The notes under the pieces: generated by a model | Told to the model about the DNA's origin: nothing | Databases searched by the model: none | The model's input: the letters and a program-made list of their open reading frames with translations, nothing else | Shown here: piece after piece, positions 37,859 to 47,575 of the stretch | Layout of the letters: every line of letters starts with the position of its first letter | How positions within the stretch are numbered: the stretch's first letter is position 1 | Made by a program: the position numbers and the translations under genes | Virus record (IMG/VR): IMGVR_UViG_3300028840_005337 | Coordinates: 62,001 to 126,000 of that record | Strand: one strand, 5' to 3' | DNA: 64,000 nucleotides | DNA from: an uncultured virus (IMG/VR IMGVR_UViG_3300028840_005337) | Taxonomy: Duplodnaviria; Heunggongvirae; Uroviricota; Caudoviricetes

Positions 37859-40800
37859 ACTAGGTCTCGACGACCTTCAAGCGATTTTCCGCAACGACGA
37901 GGACAACGAGTACAGTCGGCGCTTTCCGATGTACCCCCTCGTGTCTCCCGGCATGCCGCCGCCTGGCCCGGACTTCATCGCCCACGCGAAAGCGCTCGGC
38001 GATGCTAACCCCTACGTCGTAGAGGGTACGGGCAAGAACAAGCGCGGCATCGAAGCCGGATTCAAGCTGCAGTGCCTGTATCTGAAGGCGCTGTACTCGA
38101 ACGAACTCCACATGCCCATCAAGGTGAAAGGGCGTACCGAGACGGTGCGCATCCTGCCCGGGCATCTCTGGGGCGATCATGCCGAAGGTCCCAAGTACCT
38201 CGAGAACGAGGAGCTGCGGGGACGACCGCGTGTGATGGTTGTTGGAAAGCACCCTGGCCTCGAAGAGATAGGCGAGGGACGCAACTTCGTCGGCCCGTCT
38301 GGCCGGCAACTGAAGGACACGTTGACCGCGCTCGGTCTGAGTGATGCCGAGCTCAATGATTGGTACGTGTGTAACCTGGTGCGTTGGATGAACGTCAATC
38401 CGCAGAGCGGCGCGTTGCCGCAGGCGTGGATCAAGGACTGTCTTCCGCTGCTGCACCAGGAGATCCGGCTGTACCGGCCTGACTATATCCTGTGCCTCGG
38501 GGCCGAAGCGACCAAAGCGGTCATCCCGGGCAACACAGTGAATACCATGGTGGGCCGTTACGTCGAGCGCACTGAGATGCTGCAAGAGTATGGCGAGCCT
38601 GATGACCTGCATACCTCCAAGGTGATGGCCATCACGCATCCGGCGGCTGTGCTGCGTACCACGGAGTTGTACCCGGCGTTCGAAGCCACCCTGCGGAACT
38701 TCATCCAGTTGATCCGTGGCGAGGAGTTTACGAGCGCAGAGAACGACAACATCACGATCCAATACATGTACAAGGAAAGGGAGTTGAAGGAGTACGTTGA
38801 CTACGTCCTTTCTCGCCCTGGGTTGAAAAAGATAGCAGTTGACGGTGAGTGGCACGGCCAGCATCCCGGCGAGCCGGGGTCGTACCTCCGTACGATACAG
38901 GTAAGCCACACCGGCAAGTATGCCGCCGTCATCGTCCTGCGAGGGCAGGGCGGTGGTACTGCGTTTCGACCAGGCATTTCGCGCGCGATCGATCACCTTA
39001 ACCGGCTGCTCGATCGTGACGACGTCCAGATTGGCGGCAGCTTCTTCGCTGCTGACCTTCCGTGGCTTGAACACAACGGCCTGAACATCGCCCACCGCTT
39101 CAAGGTACCGCCCACGGTCGACGAGATCCGCGGCGGTAACTACGCAGGCGGCTTCGACATCGGCTTGGCCCACCACGCCTACAACGAGACCGGTGACTTC
39201 AAGCTGGAAGTCATGGCCTCTCGGTTGTGCGGTGCGCCTCGCTGGGACGTTGCGCTGGGCGAGTGGAAGAAGGCGTACCTCAAGGAGCGGAAGATGAAGG
39301 ACGAGGAGCTCGAAGGGTACGGAGAGTGCCCCGACGAGGTCCTACTGCCCTACGGCGGCAAAGATGCTGCCTACACACGTCAGCTGATGGACAGGCATTG
39401 CAACCTGCTGAACGGCGATCGCTACGGCAACGACTGCTGGATCCCGTTCCATCTGTCCATGATGGCATTCCCGGCCTTCAACGAGATGGGCACGATCGGC
39501 GTCAAGATCGACCCCGAACGCATTGATGAGCTCACCGACCAATTCATCGAAGTGAGCGCCCAGAAGCTGAAGAAGCTTCAGGAGGACATCAACTGGCCGG
39601 CGTTCAACCCTCGAAGTTCACAGCAGTGTGTGGAATTCCTGTTCGGCGAGCGCTACTCTACGCGCCGTGACAAGGACACAGGAGAGCGGCTCAGCGTGCG
39701 TCCAGCGGGCGCCATGACGCTCAACCTGGAGCCCATCAAGTCCACTGGCAAAGGTAAGCCGTGGGGCTGGGTGATGTCCAGAGGCGAACAGGAGAAGTAC
39801 ACGCCGAGTACAGATAAAGAGACATGTGGCATTTTGGGTTTACAACACCCAATGGCGTTACAGCTACGCGACGTGAGGCTGATCGACCAAGTGTTGAAGT
39901 CCGTATTCCGTCCGCCTAAGTACAAGGCAAAATCGACGGAGATCGAACTCGACAGCAATGGCCGACGGATCTACGGCGGTGGCATCGCTAAGTACATATG
40001 CCATGACCAGCGTGTGAGAAGTTCGTTCCAACAAGTGAAGGAAACTGGACGTGCGTCAAGTGCGAGGCCGCCATTACAGAATATCAGTAAGCGTCGCGAA
40101 GACGATTACTCGAGAATCCTGGGTGACCAATACCGCTGGCCAATCCGGTCATTTATCGTCAGCAACACCGACCCCGGCTATGCCGAACCTACCGTCCTTG
40201 TAGAGTCAGACTATAAGGGCGCGGAACTTATGGGGATGGCGGTGATGGCTCGCGATGCGCAAATGTTGGATCACTGCTTACGCGCAAACCTGCCCGATGG
40301 CGATCCGCAGCAATATGATATCCACTCAAATATCGCTGTGACTTCCTTTCAACTTGACTGCGAGGCTAGCAAAGCTGGACTCGCATCGATCAAGCAGAAG
40401 GGCAAGCGCGTTGCTGCGAAAAACATCATCTTCGGCGTAGGCTATGGACGCACCGCGGAGGCGTGCGCCAGGCAGTGCCAGGAAGAAAATGCTCCTATCA
40501 CCGTTGCGGAAGCGCAAAGCATTATCGACACGATCTTCGAGCTCTATCCGGGTATTCCAGCGTTGCAAGAGGCACTCCGTGCCCGCGTCGCTAACCCGGG
40601 ATGGCTTAGAAATTGTTTCGGTAGGTATCGTCGATTCATCAGCACGTCTGATCGAGCGGCGATGGGCGAATTGGAGCGCCAGGCACTGAATTTTCCGTTT
40701 CAGAGTATGGTAGCCGATGCCGTTTCGACGGCGCTATATTGGCTACACAACCATCCTCGTAAAGAGGAACTTGGGTACAAGATTGTCCTCCAGATCCACG

Positions 40801-41033
40801 ATGCGATCGTGCTGGAGGTCCCATGTCGCAGCTTGGACGTGGTACACAACGAGATCCTGCCAGAGTGCATGGTCGACAAAGTGTCCTTCCAGGCATGTGA
40901 CTTAGACGGAGCTCCGTATGCGGACAGTCCGATCTACCGATTTGGGTTGGATCAGGACGTGTTCACGCGATGGGGCTTGAAGTTGACAGAAGAGGAGTGT
41001 GAGCGGTTGGGAATTAGTCCCGATTATATCTAG
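37848..41033 (+). CDS. polA: Family A DNA polymerase with N-terminal uracil-DNA-glycosylase-like domain
   Basis: UDG-like VGKHPG..E..GRNFVGPSG, HPAAVLR; exonuclease AVDGE; pol motifs SDYKGAEL, RVAAKNIIFGVGYG, QIHDAI. Confidence 0.92.
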   Translation: MIPELGLDDLQAIFRNDEDNEYSRRFPMYPLVSPGMPPPGPDFIAHAKALGDANPYVVEGTGKNKRGIEAGFKLQCLYLKALYSNELHMPIKVKGRTETVRILPGHLWGDHAEGPKYLENEELRGRPRVMVVGKHPGLEEIGEGRNFVGPSGRQLKDTLTALGLSDAELNDWYVCNLVRWMNVNPQSGALPQAWIKDCLPLLHQEIRLYRPDYILCLGAEATKAVIPGNTVNTMVGRYVERTEMLQEYGEPDDLHTSKVMAITHPAAVLRTTELYPAFEATLRNFIQLIRGEEFTSAENDNITIQYMYKERELKEYVDYVLSRPGLKKIAVDGEWHGQHPGEPGSYLRTIQVSHTGKYAAVIVLRGQGGGTAFRPGISRAIDHLNRLLDRDDVQIGGSFFAADLPWLEHNGLNIAHRFKVPPTVDEIRGGNYAGGFDIGLAHHAYNETGDFKLEVMASRLCGAPRWDVALGEWKKAYLKERKMKDEELEGYGECPDEVLLPYGGKDAAYTRQLMDRHCNLLNGDRYGNDCWIPFHLSMMAFPAFNEMGTIGVKIDPERIDELTDQFIEVSAQKLKKLQEDINWPAFNPRSSQQCVEFLFGERYSTRRDKDTGERLSVRPAGAMTLNLEPIKSTGKGKPWGWVMSRGEQEKYTPSTDKETCGILGLQHPMALQLRDVRLIDQVLKSVFRPPKYKAKSTEIELDSNGRRIYGGGIAKYICHDQRVRSSFQQVKETGRASSARPPLQNISKRREDDYSRILGDQYRWPIRSFIVSNTDPGYAEPTVLVESDYKGAELMGMAVMARDAQMLDHCLRANLPDGDPQQYDIHSNIAVTSFQLDCEASKAGLASIKQKGKRVAAKNIIFGVGYGRTAEACARQCQEENAPITVAEAQSIIDTIFELYPGIPALQEALRARVANPGWLRNCFGRYRRFISTSDRAAMGELERQALNFPFQSMVADAVSTALYWLHNHPRKEELGYKIVLQIHDAIVLEVPCRSLDVVHNEILPECMVDKVSFQACDLDGAPYADSPIYRFGLDQDVFTRWGLKLTEEECERLGISPDYI

Positions 41034-41041
41034 CGGGGTGC

Positions 41042-41140
41042 TTGAAATGGCACCGCCCGTGTGGGATAATCAGGGTATCAACCGTTAAACCGATTGACTT
41101 GCAACTTCTAAACCGACTGACTGTTTACTTGTAACCCGTT
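41042..41140 (+). promoter_or_regulatory. Promoter plus AT-rich leader with direct repeats
   Basis: TTGAAA-17 nt-GATAAT; TAAACCGA(T/C)TGACT at 41086 and 41109. Confidence 0.55.
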
Positions 41141-41157
41141 TTTGTAGGAGGTGACGA

Positions 41158-42525
41158 ATGTCACGCCAAGGTGCGGCCGCTGGCCGCTATCGTATGCGCA
41201 ACGAGGGTCAAGCCTCGCAACGTGGAATTCAGGGTATGCATATCCTGAACGACAACGCCGGTTGTCAAATCTACCGGCCAACCTGGAACGGCACCCGGAC
41301 TATCTTCCGGCCGTTCCCGGGTAAGGATCCCGAGAACCTCGCAGCCTGGGACCCGTTCCGGCTGAGTGATGAAGATCGGGACTTCGGTGACTGGATCCGT
41401 CGATACGACATGGCATTCAGCATCGGTAACCCCGGGATTACCTTCGTTATGAAGGATCCGCGGGACGGCACGCTGGACGACCAGCAGAACCCCGTCTGGA
41501 TGCTGTATCGCAGCATTCAGCAAGCCGTGAAAGCCGGCACCGGGCATCCCAGCTGGAATCCGCTTGTCTTCGGCGGCGCGGGTCGCGCCGCACCTCTGAG
41601 TTCTCCGAAGGATGGCTACATCATGCAAGGCATCCTGATGGAACACAAATCGCAGCCGCAGAACCCGCCGCGCGGGTGCTTGCCCGACCATCAACCGGTC
41701 GTGCTGCTGATGAGCCAGTCCGCAGGCCAAGCCCTGATGGACAAGCTCGGCGAACGCGATGACCAAGGTAACTGGCGCTGGCCCGACCTTACCAGTCTTG
41801 ACGCTGGCATGTTCGTCCAGTTCCACCAAGCCGGCACCCAAGCGCAACCCCAAGGCGGCGCACCCAGACAAATGGGCGCGACAACCGTCGGCGGAGGTGG
41901 CGTTGCCGAAAACCGCTACGAGGTGGAGTTCCTCGAACTCTACAGCGGTATCTCGCCCACGTTCGAAGGGATCCACGGCCTGGCCGAATCCCACGTTCGT
42001 CCCTGGGACGAGATCGTACGAATCCCCACCATTGAGGACCAGGTCCGCATGTTGTGCGGCGCTGGCATTCCAGCGACGGCCATCGTCTACGCCCTCGGTG
42101 ATGTGTACCAGGAGTTCATCCCGCAACACATCTTCGATCAGGCGCGTGCCCAAAACACGCAGACGACGGTTCCGTTCCAGAGCGTTGCCTCTGAGGGTGG
42201 TGGGACACCAAATCCAATGCAATCACAGGAAGCCCCGTCGCCGATGGGTGCTTCCCCCGCAGCTACGCAGCAGGATCCTGCCATGCCGGCGGCTACCACG
42301 CCGCCGCCTACGGCCGCTCCTGAGGCAGCTGGGAATCCCATGGCTTCCGTGACGCAACCCGAGCAAACGCCTCCTCCAGAGGCTGCTCCTGCGCCACAGC
42401 AGACAATGACGAATGCAGAAGCAGCGCCGCAGGCGCAGCCGACGCACACTACGCCGGAGCGATCGGCGGCTACGCAGGATGCCCTCGCAAGGGCTCGTGC
42501 GCGTGCTGCTGACGCCGGCGGATAG
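41158..42525 (+). CDS. Putative ssDNA-binding/recombination protein with Pro/Ala/Gln-rich tail
   Basis: Position between polA and the recA-like gene; own promoter and terminator; function inferred from context only. Confidence 0.5.
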   Translation: MSRQGAAAGRYRMRNEGQASQRGIQGMHILNDNAGCQIYRPTWNGTRTIFRPFPGKDPENLAAWDPFRLSDEDRDFGDWIRRYDMAFSIGNPGITFVMKDPRDGTLDDQQNPVWMLYRSIQQAVKAGTGHPSWNPLVFGGAGRAAPLSSPKDGYIMQGILMEHKSQPQNPPRGCLPDHQPVVLLMSQSAGQALMDKLGERDDQGNWRWPDLTSLDAGMFVQFHQAGTQAQPQGGAPRQMGATTVGGGGVAENRYEVEFLELYSGISPTFEGIHGLAESHVRPWDEIVRIPTIEDQVRMLCGAGIPATAIVYALGDVYQEFIPQHIFDQARAQNTQTTVPFQSVASEGGGTPNPMQSQEAPSPMGASPAATQQDPAMPAATTPPPTAAPEAAGNPMASVTQPEQTPPPEAAPAPQQTMTNAEAAPQAQPTHTTPERSAATQDALARARARAADAGG

Positions 42526-42547
42526 ACGTTACTATTTCTGCACCTCA

Positions 42548-42583
42548 GCTCCGCCCGGTCCGTGGCCGGGCGGAGCGTTTCTT
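42548..42583 (+). terminator. Intrinsic terminator
   Basis: GCTCCGCCCGG/CCGGGCGGAGC followed by GTTTCTT. Confidence 0.7.
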
Positions 42584-42597
42584 AGGACCAATATCCA

Positions 42598-43953
42598 ATG
42601 GCTAAGAAAAAGAAGCCCAATCCAGCTGAAGAGTTGCCTGTTGAGGACTTCTGCCCGAACGACGAACTGTTCGATTCAGTGGTAGAAACAGTCCAAACGA
42701 AGCTGCAGAAGGAGGGCATGCTTGTCGGTCACAATCCGGTGATGCAAGTGCTGCCCGTGCCTGCGTTCAGTATGAGGTATCTCATTCAGAACGAAGGCCT
42801 GCCGTTGAGTTGTATGTATCAAGCAGTAGGACCGGAGGCGTCCTACAAATCCACGTTCGCGATGGAAGTAGTTCGCTGGCACCGCCTGTGCGGTGGGCGT
42901 GGATTGTTGTGTGAGGCTGAGACGAAGCCGACATCTGAGTTACGCAACAGTGTCCTGAACTGGGACCTGAAAGCAGTCGATATCGAGGACTGCGAAACCT
43001 TTGAAGACTGGCAGCGCAAGCTGACTCGCTATACCGTCGGCTTGCAAAAGCGGATGGAGAAGGCGGGTACGCGGGACATCCCGTGGTGCGCTGTCGTCGA
43101 CTCGCTGACCGGCAAGGCCAGTGAGCATACGCTGAAGAACATCCAGAAGGTTGGTCATGCCAATCTGCACTTCCCCGTGGAAGCGCGACAGATGGCCGAC
43201 TACATGCGTGCCTATCCGCAGATGCTTCTCGGGTGGCCGTTCACCTTCGTGGGTGTCAACCACATGAAGATCAACCGCAATCCTGACGGCACCGTCGACT
43301 ACAACATCCCAGGTGGTTGGGCGCTGAAGTTCCAGTGCTCTGCTATCTTCGAGTTGGAGAAGATGGGCGGGATCAAGGAGTTCAACAACTACAAGGCGGC
43401 TACCATCCGCTTCTCCATGTTGAAGAACTCTTATGGAGCTGATGACTCCAAGATCAAGGTGCGGTTCAAGACGTGGCTGCAGGAGGACGCGCCTGATACG
43501 TTCAGGCTCCACTCTCGTTTTGAGTGGTGGGAAGCCTCCATCCTCTTCATCGCCACTGGCAACGGGCTGTCGGCCGCTAAGGCCCAAAGGCTTGTGCCCA
43601 AGATGAAGGAAGCCTGCGACATCCACGAGAAGTCGGGCGGCAGCCGCGGGAAGCTATACTGGTCGAACGCGTTGGGCGTCCCCTCTTCGGAGGCGATGCC
43701 GCCGCACGATCTCGGCATGATCCTCGAGACGAAGCCTGATGTGCTGAAGGACCTGTACAATGTTACCGGCATTCAGCGCCGTCAGTTCTTCCGACCCGGC
43801 GTCGATTTCCTGGCGCAGCAAGAGGCTCAGGCGCATGTGATCGCGCAAGCCGATGCTTCGGATCTCAACCAGCAGCGTTTGCGAGAGATCCAGCAGAACA
43901 TCATCGACCACGATGCCTACCCCAGCCAGGTGGAATGGCCATCCAATGAGTAA
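42598..43953 (+). CDS. RecA/UvsX-like recombinase
   Basis: GPEASYKST, EAE, VVDSL, VNH, PGGWALKF, LKNS. Confidence 0.85.
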   Translation: MAKKKKPNPAEELPVEDFCPNDELFDSVVETVQTKLQKEGMLVGHNPVMQVLPVPAFSMRYLIQNEGLPLSCMYQAVGPEASYKSTFAMEVVRWHRLCGGRGLLCEAETKPTSELRNSVLNWDLKAVDIEDCETFEDWQRKLTRYTVGLQKRMEKAGTRDIPWCAVVDSLTGKASEHTLKNIQKVGHANLHFPVEARQMADYMRAYPQMLLGWPFTFVGVNHMKINRNPDGTVDYNIPGGWALKFQCSAIFELEKMGGIKEFNNYKAATIRFSMLKNSYGADDSKIKVRFKTWLQEDAPDTFRLHSRFEWWEASILFIATGNGLSAAKAQRLVPKMKEACDIHEKSGGSRGKLYWSNALGVPSSEAMPPHDLGMILETKPDVLKDLYNVTGIQRRQFFRPGVDFLAQQEAQAHVIAQADASDLNQQRLREIQQNIIDHDAYPSQVEWPSNE

Positions 43954-44461
43954 TCCCATCAATCCAATGGACTTTTGGGACAAAACAGATCACGAGGCGG
44001 AGGGCAACAAGCTCGCGCAGTATGAGCACGGCGCCGTGGACAGAATTGTCAAACGAGCAAAGGTCGGCACTGCCGAGCGCGCGCTCCTCGTCTCAGATGG
44101 CGATCTAATGACGTTTGAGGCGTTGCATGAGCATGCACATTTTCCGCTGCTCTTGCACGCCATCAAAATCCGCTCACCGGCGGACATCGAAAAAACCTTG
44201 GAGCAGCGTCCACTACGCACGCCGATGTTCATGCAGTTCTTGGACATCACTGACGGCACGCCGAAGGGCGAGTGCACATACCAGGGCGTCGTGTTCAACT
44301 GGCTGAACCACGGCCGCTGGTACGTCCTGCACGACTTCTCCATGCATACCGATCTAGGCACGTCGTTGCGCTACTGGCGCATCAACGGAAGATGTTACTA
44401 TCTGGAAACCCTGGACAATCTGGTGGAACGCTTCGGCCCAGCCGAGGAGTGGTGCGCCTGA
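43946..44461 (+). CDS. Hypothetical protein
   Basis: Overlaps the recA-like stop codon. Confidence 0.6.
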   Translation: MSNPINPMDFWDKTDHEAEGNKLAQYEHGAVDRIVKRAKVGTAERALLVSDGDLMTFEALHEHAHFPLLLHAIKIRSPADIEKTLEQRPLRTPMFMQFLDITDGTPKGECTYQGVVFNWLNHGRWYVLHDFSMHTDLGTSLRYWRINGRCYYLETLDNLVERFGPAEEWCA

Positions 44462-44471
44462 TTTTGTTTCC

Positions 44472-45572
44472 ATGAATAAATTCCTAGTCAAACCAAAAGC
44501 CGAGGTGTACGCGCCGGACCAGTTCGACGGGTTCCTCGAAGCGCTGAACACAGCCGATCAGTACACCGTCCAGGTGCCGATCAACCATCCGGAAGACCTG
44601 CTCCTGGACGATGCCGGCTGTCTCGTAGAGAGTGGCTTTCGCCTCTCTCCGCTTGCTTTCAAGCAAATCTGCATGTTTGTGGCCAAGGGACTTTGGCCGC
44701 TGATCATGGATATCGGTGGTGTCACGCGTGGTTCGAGATCCTTCGATGGAGTGATCTCGCCAGCGTTGGCAGCACGCATCTTCAATGACTGCGTGCAGCT
44801 CCGATTCCGTGTAAAAGATGGGATCTGCGGACGACTGTTGATCCAGAACCACAATACGAAGGTCATCGACGGTGTCGTCGGTGTCCGCTATCAGTACCTC
44901 GCCAATCACCTGCTGCTCGACGGCGCCTCTGACCTCCTGGCCACACACTCTGTGCCGATGGAGTTCTGGGGCGGAACGTTGACCGGCCGCCGCATGAGCG
45001 TTACCTTCCTGGCCCCCGAGGCCCTGGCTACCACGCCAGCCGGACAGGATCTCTACGGTGGCTGCTACGTGACGAACAGCGAAGCAGGTGAGTGCGGCGT
45101 ACGCAGCTCATTGCTGCTCCAGTACGACGATACACCCCTCCGATGCATATCCAAGCTACACAGCATAACCCATGTGGGAAAGAGCTTCATGAAACGGCTC
45201 CAGCGCATGGTGATGAAGGTATTGCACGACTGGGACGGTATCGTCGATGTGGTTAACGACATCGAGCATCTGGCGACCACGCTGGATGTCCTCGACGACA
45301 CGGGTAAGATCAAGCGCACATGGCAGCGACGAGTGGCAACCAGGTTGTCCAACTATGTCGACAAGGGCCTTGCTGACGCTATGATACGCCAAGCCATTTA
45401 CACAGACGTGCGTGACGATCCGTTGAAAGAACGGATGCGGCGCGTGGCAGAGCGTACGGTCGAAGACTTCTTCGTGGTAATCATGGAGCATGCCGACGGC
45501 CAATATCCCGAAGTTCGCGAAAGTCTTGAGCGAGCGGCGTACGACGTCCTCGCCAAGCGCATCCCACTGTAG
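44472..45572 (+). CDS. Hypothetical protein, DUF932-like
   Basis: RYQYLAN; GCYVTNSEAG. Confidence 0.5.
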   Translation: MNKFLVKPKAEVYAPDQFDGFLEALNTADQYTVQVPINHPEDLLLDDAGCLVESGFRLSPLAFKQICMFVAKGLWPLIMDIGGVTRGSRSFDGVISPALAARIFNDCVQLRFRVKDGICGRLLIQNHNTKVIDGVVGVRYQYLANHLLLDGASDLLATHSVPMEFWGGTLTGRRMSVTFLAPEALATTPAGQDLYGGCYVTNSEAGECGVRSSLLLQYDDTPLRCISKLHSITHVGKSFMKRLQRMVMKVLHDWDGIVDVVNDIEHLATTLDVLDDTGKIKRTWQRRVATRLSNYVDKGLADAMIRQAIYTDVRDDPLKERMRRVAERTVEDFFVVIMEHADGQYPEVRESLERAAYDVLAKRIPL

Positions 45573-45587
45573 GAGCTATTTTCAGTA

Positions 45588-46715
45588 ATGGCAAAAACCA
45601 CTCTACCCGCCAAGGTCGAAGAGTACACCGCTCTTCAAGCACAATCCACCTTCACGAAGGCCGAAGAGAAGGCCTTCAAGGAGTTAAACGAATATATCAC
45701 CAAGCGCGCCAAGGACGACATCTGGTGGTATTGGGAGCTCGGTCAAAAGGTCAAGAAGATCTATGAAGACGCCAAAGACCGTGAGGACATCTACGGCAAG
45801 CGCGTGTTGCTGCGCATGGCCAAGGCTCTCGGCTACAAGACAGACCAACAGCTCCGCAACACCATGACTGTTGTGGAGACTTTCAAGACGAAGAAGGAGT
45901 TCAACAAGCTCGTCCGGCTGAAGGGCGAAGCGCAGAACACGTTGAACTGGTCGCACCTCGTGTACCTCGCCCAGATTGGCGACGACAAGCTGCGGAACCA
46001 GCTGGCCGCCTCCACGCTCGAACAGAGCTGGAACGCCAAGGACCTCTGGGACCGTGTCAAGGAGCTGGCCAACCGCAAGAAACGCGGTTCCGGCGCCAAG
46101 GTGAAGACCAAGATCCCGGCATCGCCGGTCGGCATGTTCAGCCATGTACGTTCGCAGGCCAACAAGTTCGTCCAGAACTTCGAGGAGGCGTGGACGGGCG
46201 ACGTCTACGACATCTGCGGCGAGGTGGCCAGCATCCCGGCCGACAAGCTGAACGACAAGCTCGTCCAGGCCGTCGCCGACACGCGTGCGAAGCTCGTGTC
46301 CATGCAGGAGTGCGCCGCCTCCCTCGAAGAGCAGCTCATGCAAGTTGAGGAGGACATCGAGGCCCGTCGTAAGGCCCAGGCGGAGGCTGAGGAAGAAGCC
46401 GCGGCTGCCGAAGCTGCCGAAGAGGACTACGAAGACGATATCGACGAGGGGGAGGACGACGATGACGACTTCGATCCGAACGACGACGTCTACGCTGAAG
46501 ACGAAGCGGAAGACGCGGAGGAGGAAGAGGACGACGAGGTTGAGGAAGATTCCGCCCAAGACGAAGAGGACTGGGAAGAGGAAGAGACTGTCAACCTTGG
46601 CAAACAACGAAACGCTCAACGGCGAGCCAAGTCTGCCGCAGAGCGGGAAAAGAAAAAGAAACGTGAAGCTCGCGCTGCAGCTCGCCGCAAGGGGCGAGTG
46701 GGAGTAAGCAAGTGA
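45588..46715 (+). CDS. Protein with DUF1016-N-like region and long acidic tract
   Basis: WYWELGQ..YG..L, LNWSHLV..W; Asp/Glu-rich C-terminal third ending in a basic tail. Confidence 0.6.
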   Translation: MAKTTLPAKVEEYTALQAQSTFTKAEEKAFKELNEYITKRAKDDIWWYWELGQKVKKIYEDAKDREDIYGKRVLLRMAKALGYKTDQQLRNTMTVVETFKTKKEFNKLVRLKGEAQNTLNWSHLVYLAQIGDDKLRNQLAASTLEQSWNAKDLWDRVKELANRKKRGSGAKVKTKIPASPVGMFSHVRSQANKFVQNFEEAWTGDVYDICGEVASIPADKLNDKLVQAVADTRAKLVSMQECAASLEEQLMQVEEDIEARRKAQAEAEEEAAAAEAAEEDYEDDIDEGEDDDDDFDPNDDVYAEDEAEDAEEEEDDEVEEDSAQDEEDWEEEETVNLGKQRNAQRRAKSAAEREKKKKREARAAARRKGRVGVSK

Positions 46716-47575
46716 AAACGCCCATAACACCGCAGTTTACGGTGTGCGTTTTACTCTACGGGAACTATCCGGAGTTGCTCAATAGGTGTCTCGACTCGTT
46801 GAGCAACCCGGAGTGGTACCCGTGGTTTAATCTCCGTATCGGCTGGCAGGGCCTTGGCGCGCAGTCGGAGACGGACTTACTGAGCCACGTCGCTAAATGG
46901 CAGACGGCTAAGCTGCGTGGCACGTGCCGCGATCCGTTGGAGATGTGTCTGAAAGGGCATTCCCCCTTCTTCAAGTATCCGACGATGCGCCGGATGTTCT
47001 ACGAGATGCCGATCAAGACGCCCTACATCATGTGGTTCGATGACGACTCGTTCATCAACACCTGTGCCAACGGTTTCTTCCGGGGCATTCAGGACTTCAT
47101 GGAGTATGGTGCGCGTAAGCGAAAGCCCGACGGCACGCTTACGCCGGCAGACACTGCCGACATGATCGGCGCCAAGTACGTGATGGCCCTGCGGGGCAAT
47201 CAACGACAGTACATCGAAGACCAACCGTGGTACGCGGGCAAACCAATAGCCCGGCGCCCCGGGTTCATTACCGGTGGCTGGTGGACAATCCGTACCCCGA
47301 TTATCCAACAATGGAACTGGCCGTCAGAGGACTTACAGCACAACGGCGGAGATTTGCTACTCGGGGAGTTGTGTCATCAGCAGGGATATCGTATAAAGCA
47401 CTTTACGAAGGGACTGGGCATCAACTGCGATGCAAGCGGCAGATGCTCGACAGCGCCACGGCGCGGACACTCCCAGGACCCTTGCGGTACCAACTACGTG
47501 CGGCCAGCTAATCACCGTTCGCCGAACGACGAGTGGCAGCTCTCACGAAGCCGTTACCGCCGGAGGCGAGAATGA
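46712..47575 (+). CDS. GT-A fold (family 2-like) glycosyltransferase
   Basis: TVCVLLYG...RCLDSL, YIMWFDDDS, GGD. Confidence 0.7.
   Translation: MKTPITPQFTVCVLLYGNYPELLNRCLDSLSNPEWYPWFNLRIGWQGLGAQSETDLLSHVAKWQTAKLRGTCRDPLEMCLKGHSPFFKYPTMRRMFYEMPIKTPYIMWFDDDSFINTCANGFFRGIQDFMEYGARKRKPDGTLTPADTADMIGAKYVMALRGNQRQYIEDQPWYAGKPIARRPGFITGGWWTIRTPIIQQWNWPSEDLQHNGGDLLLGELCHQQGYRIKHFTKGLGINCDASGRCSTAPRRGHSQDPCGTNYVRPANHRSPNDEWQLSRSRYRRRRE

Noticed and set aside
45684..46730. Long minus-strand ORFs here and at 37860-39176, 59034-60278 and 61437-62594
   Set aside because: Antisense shadows produced by GC3-biased coding on the plus strand.
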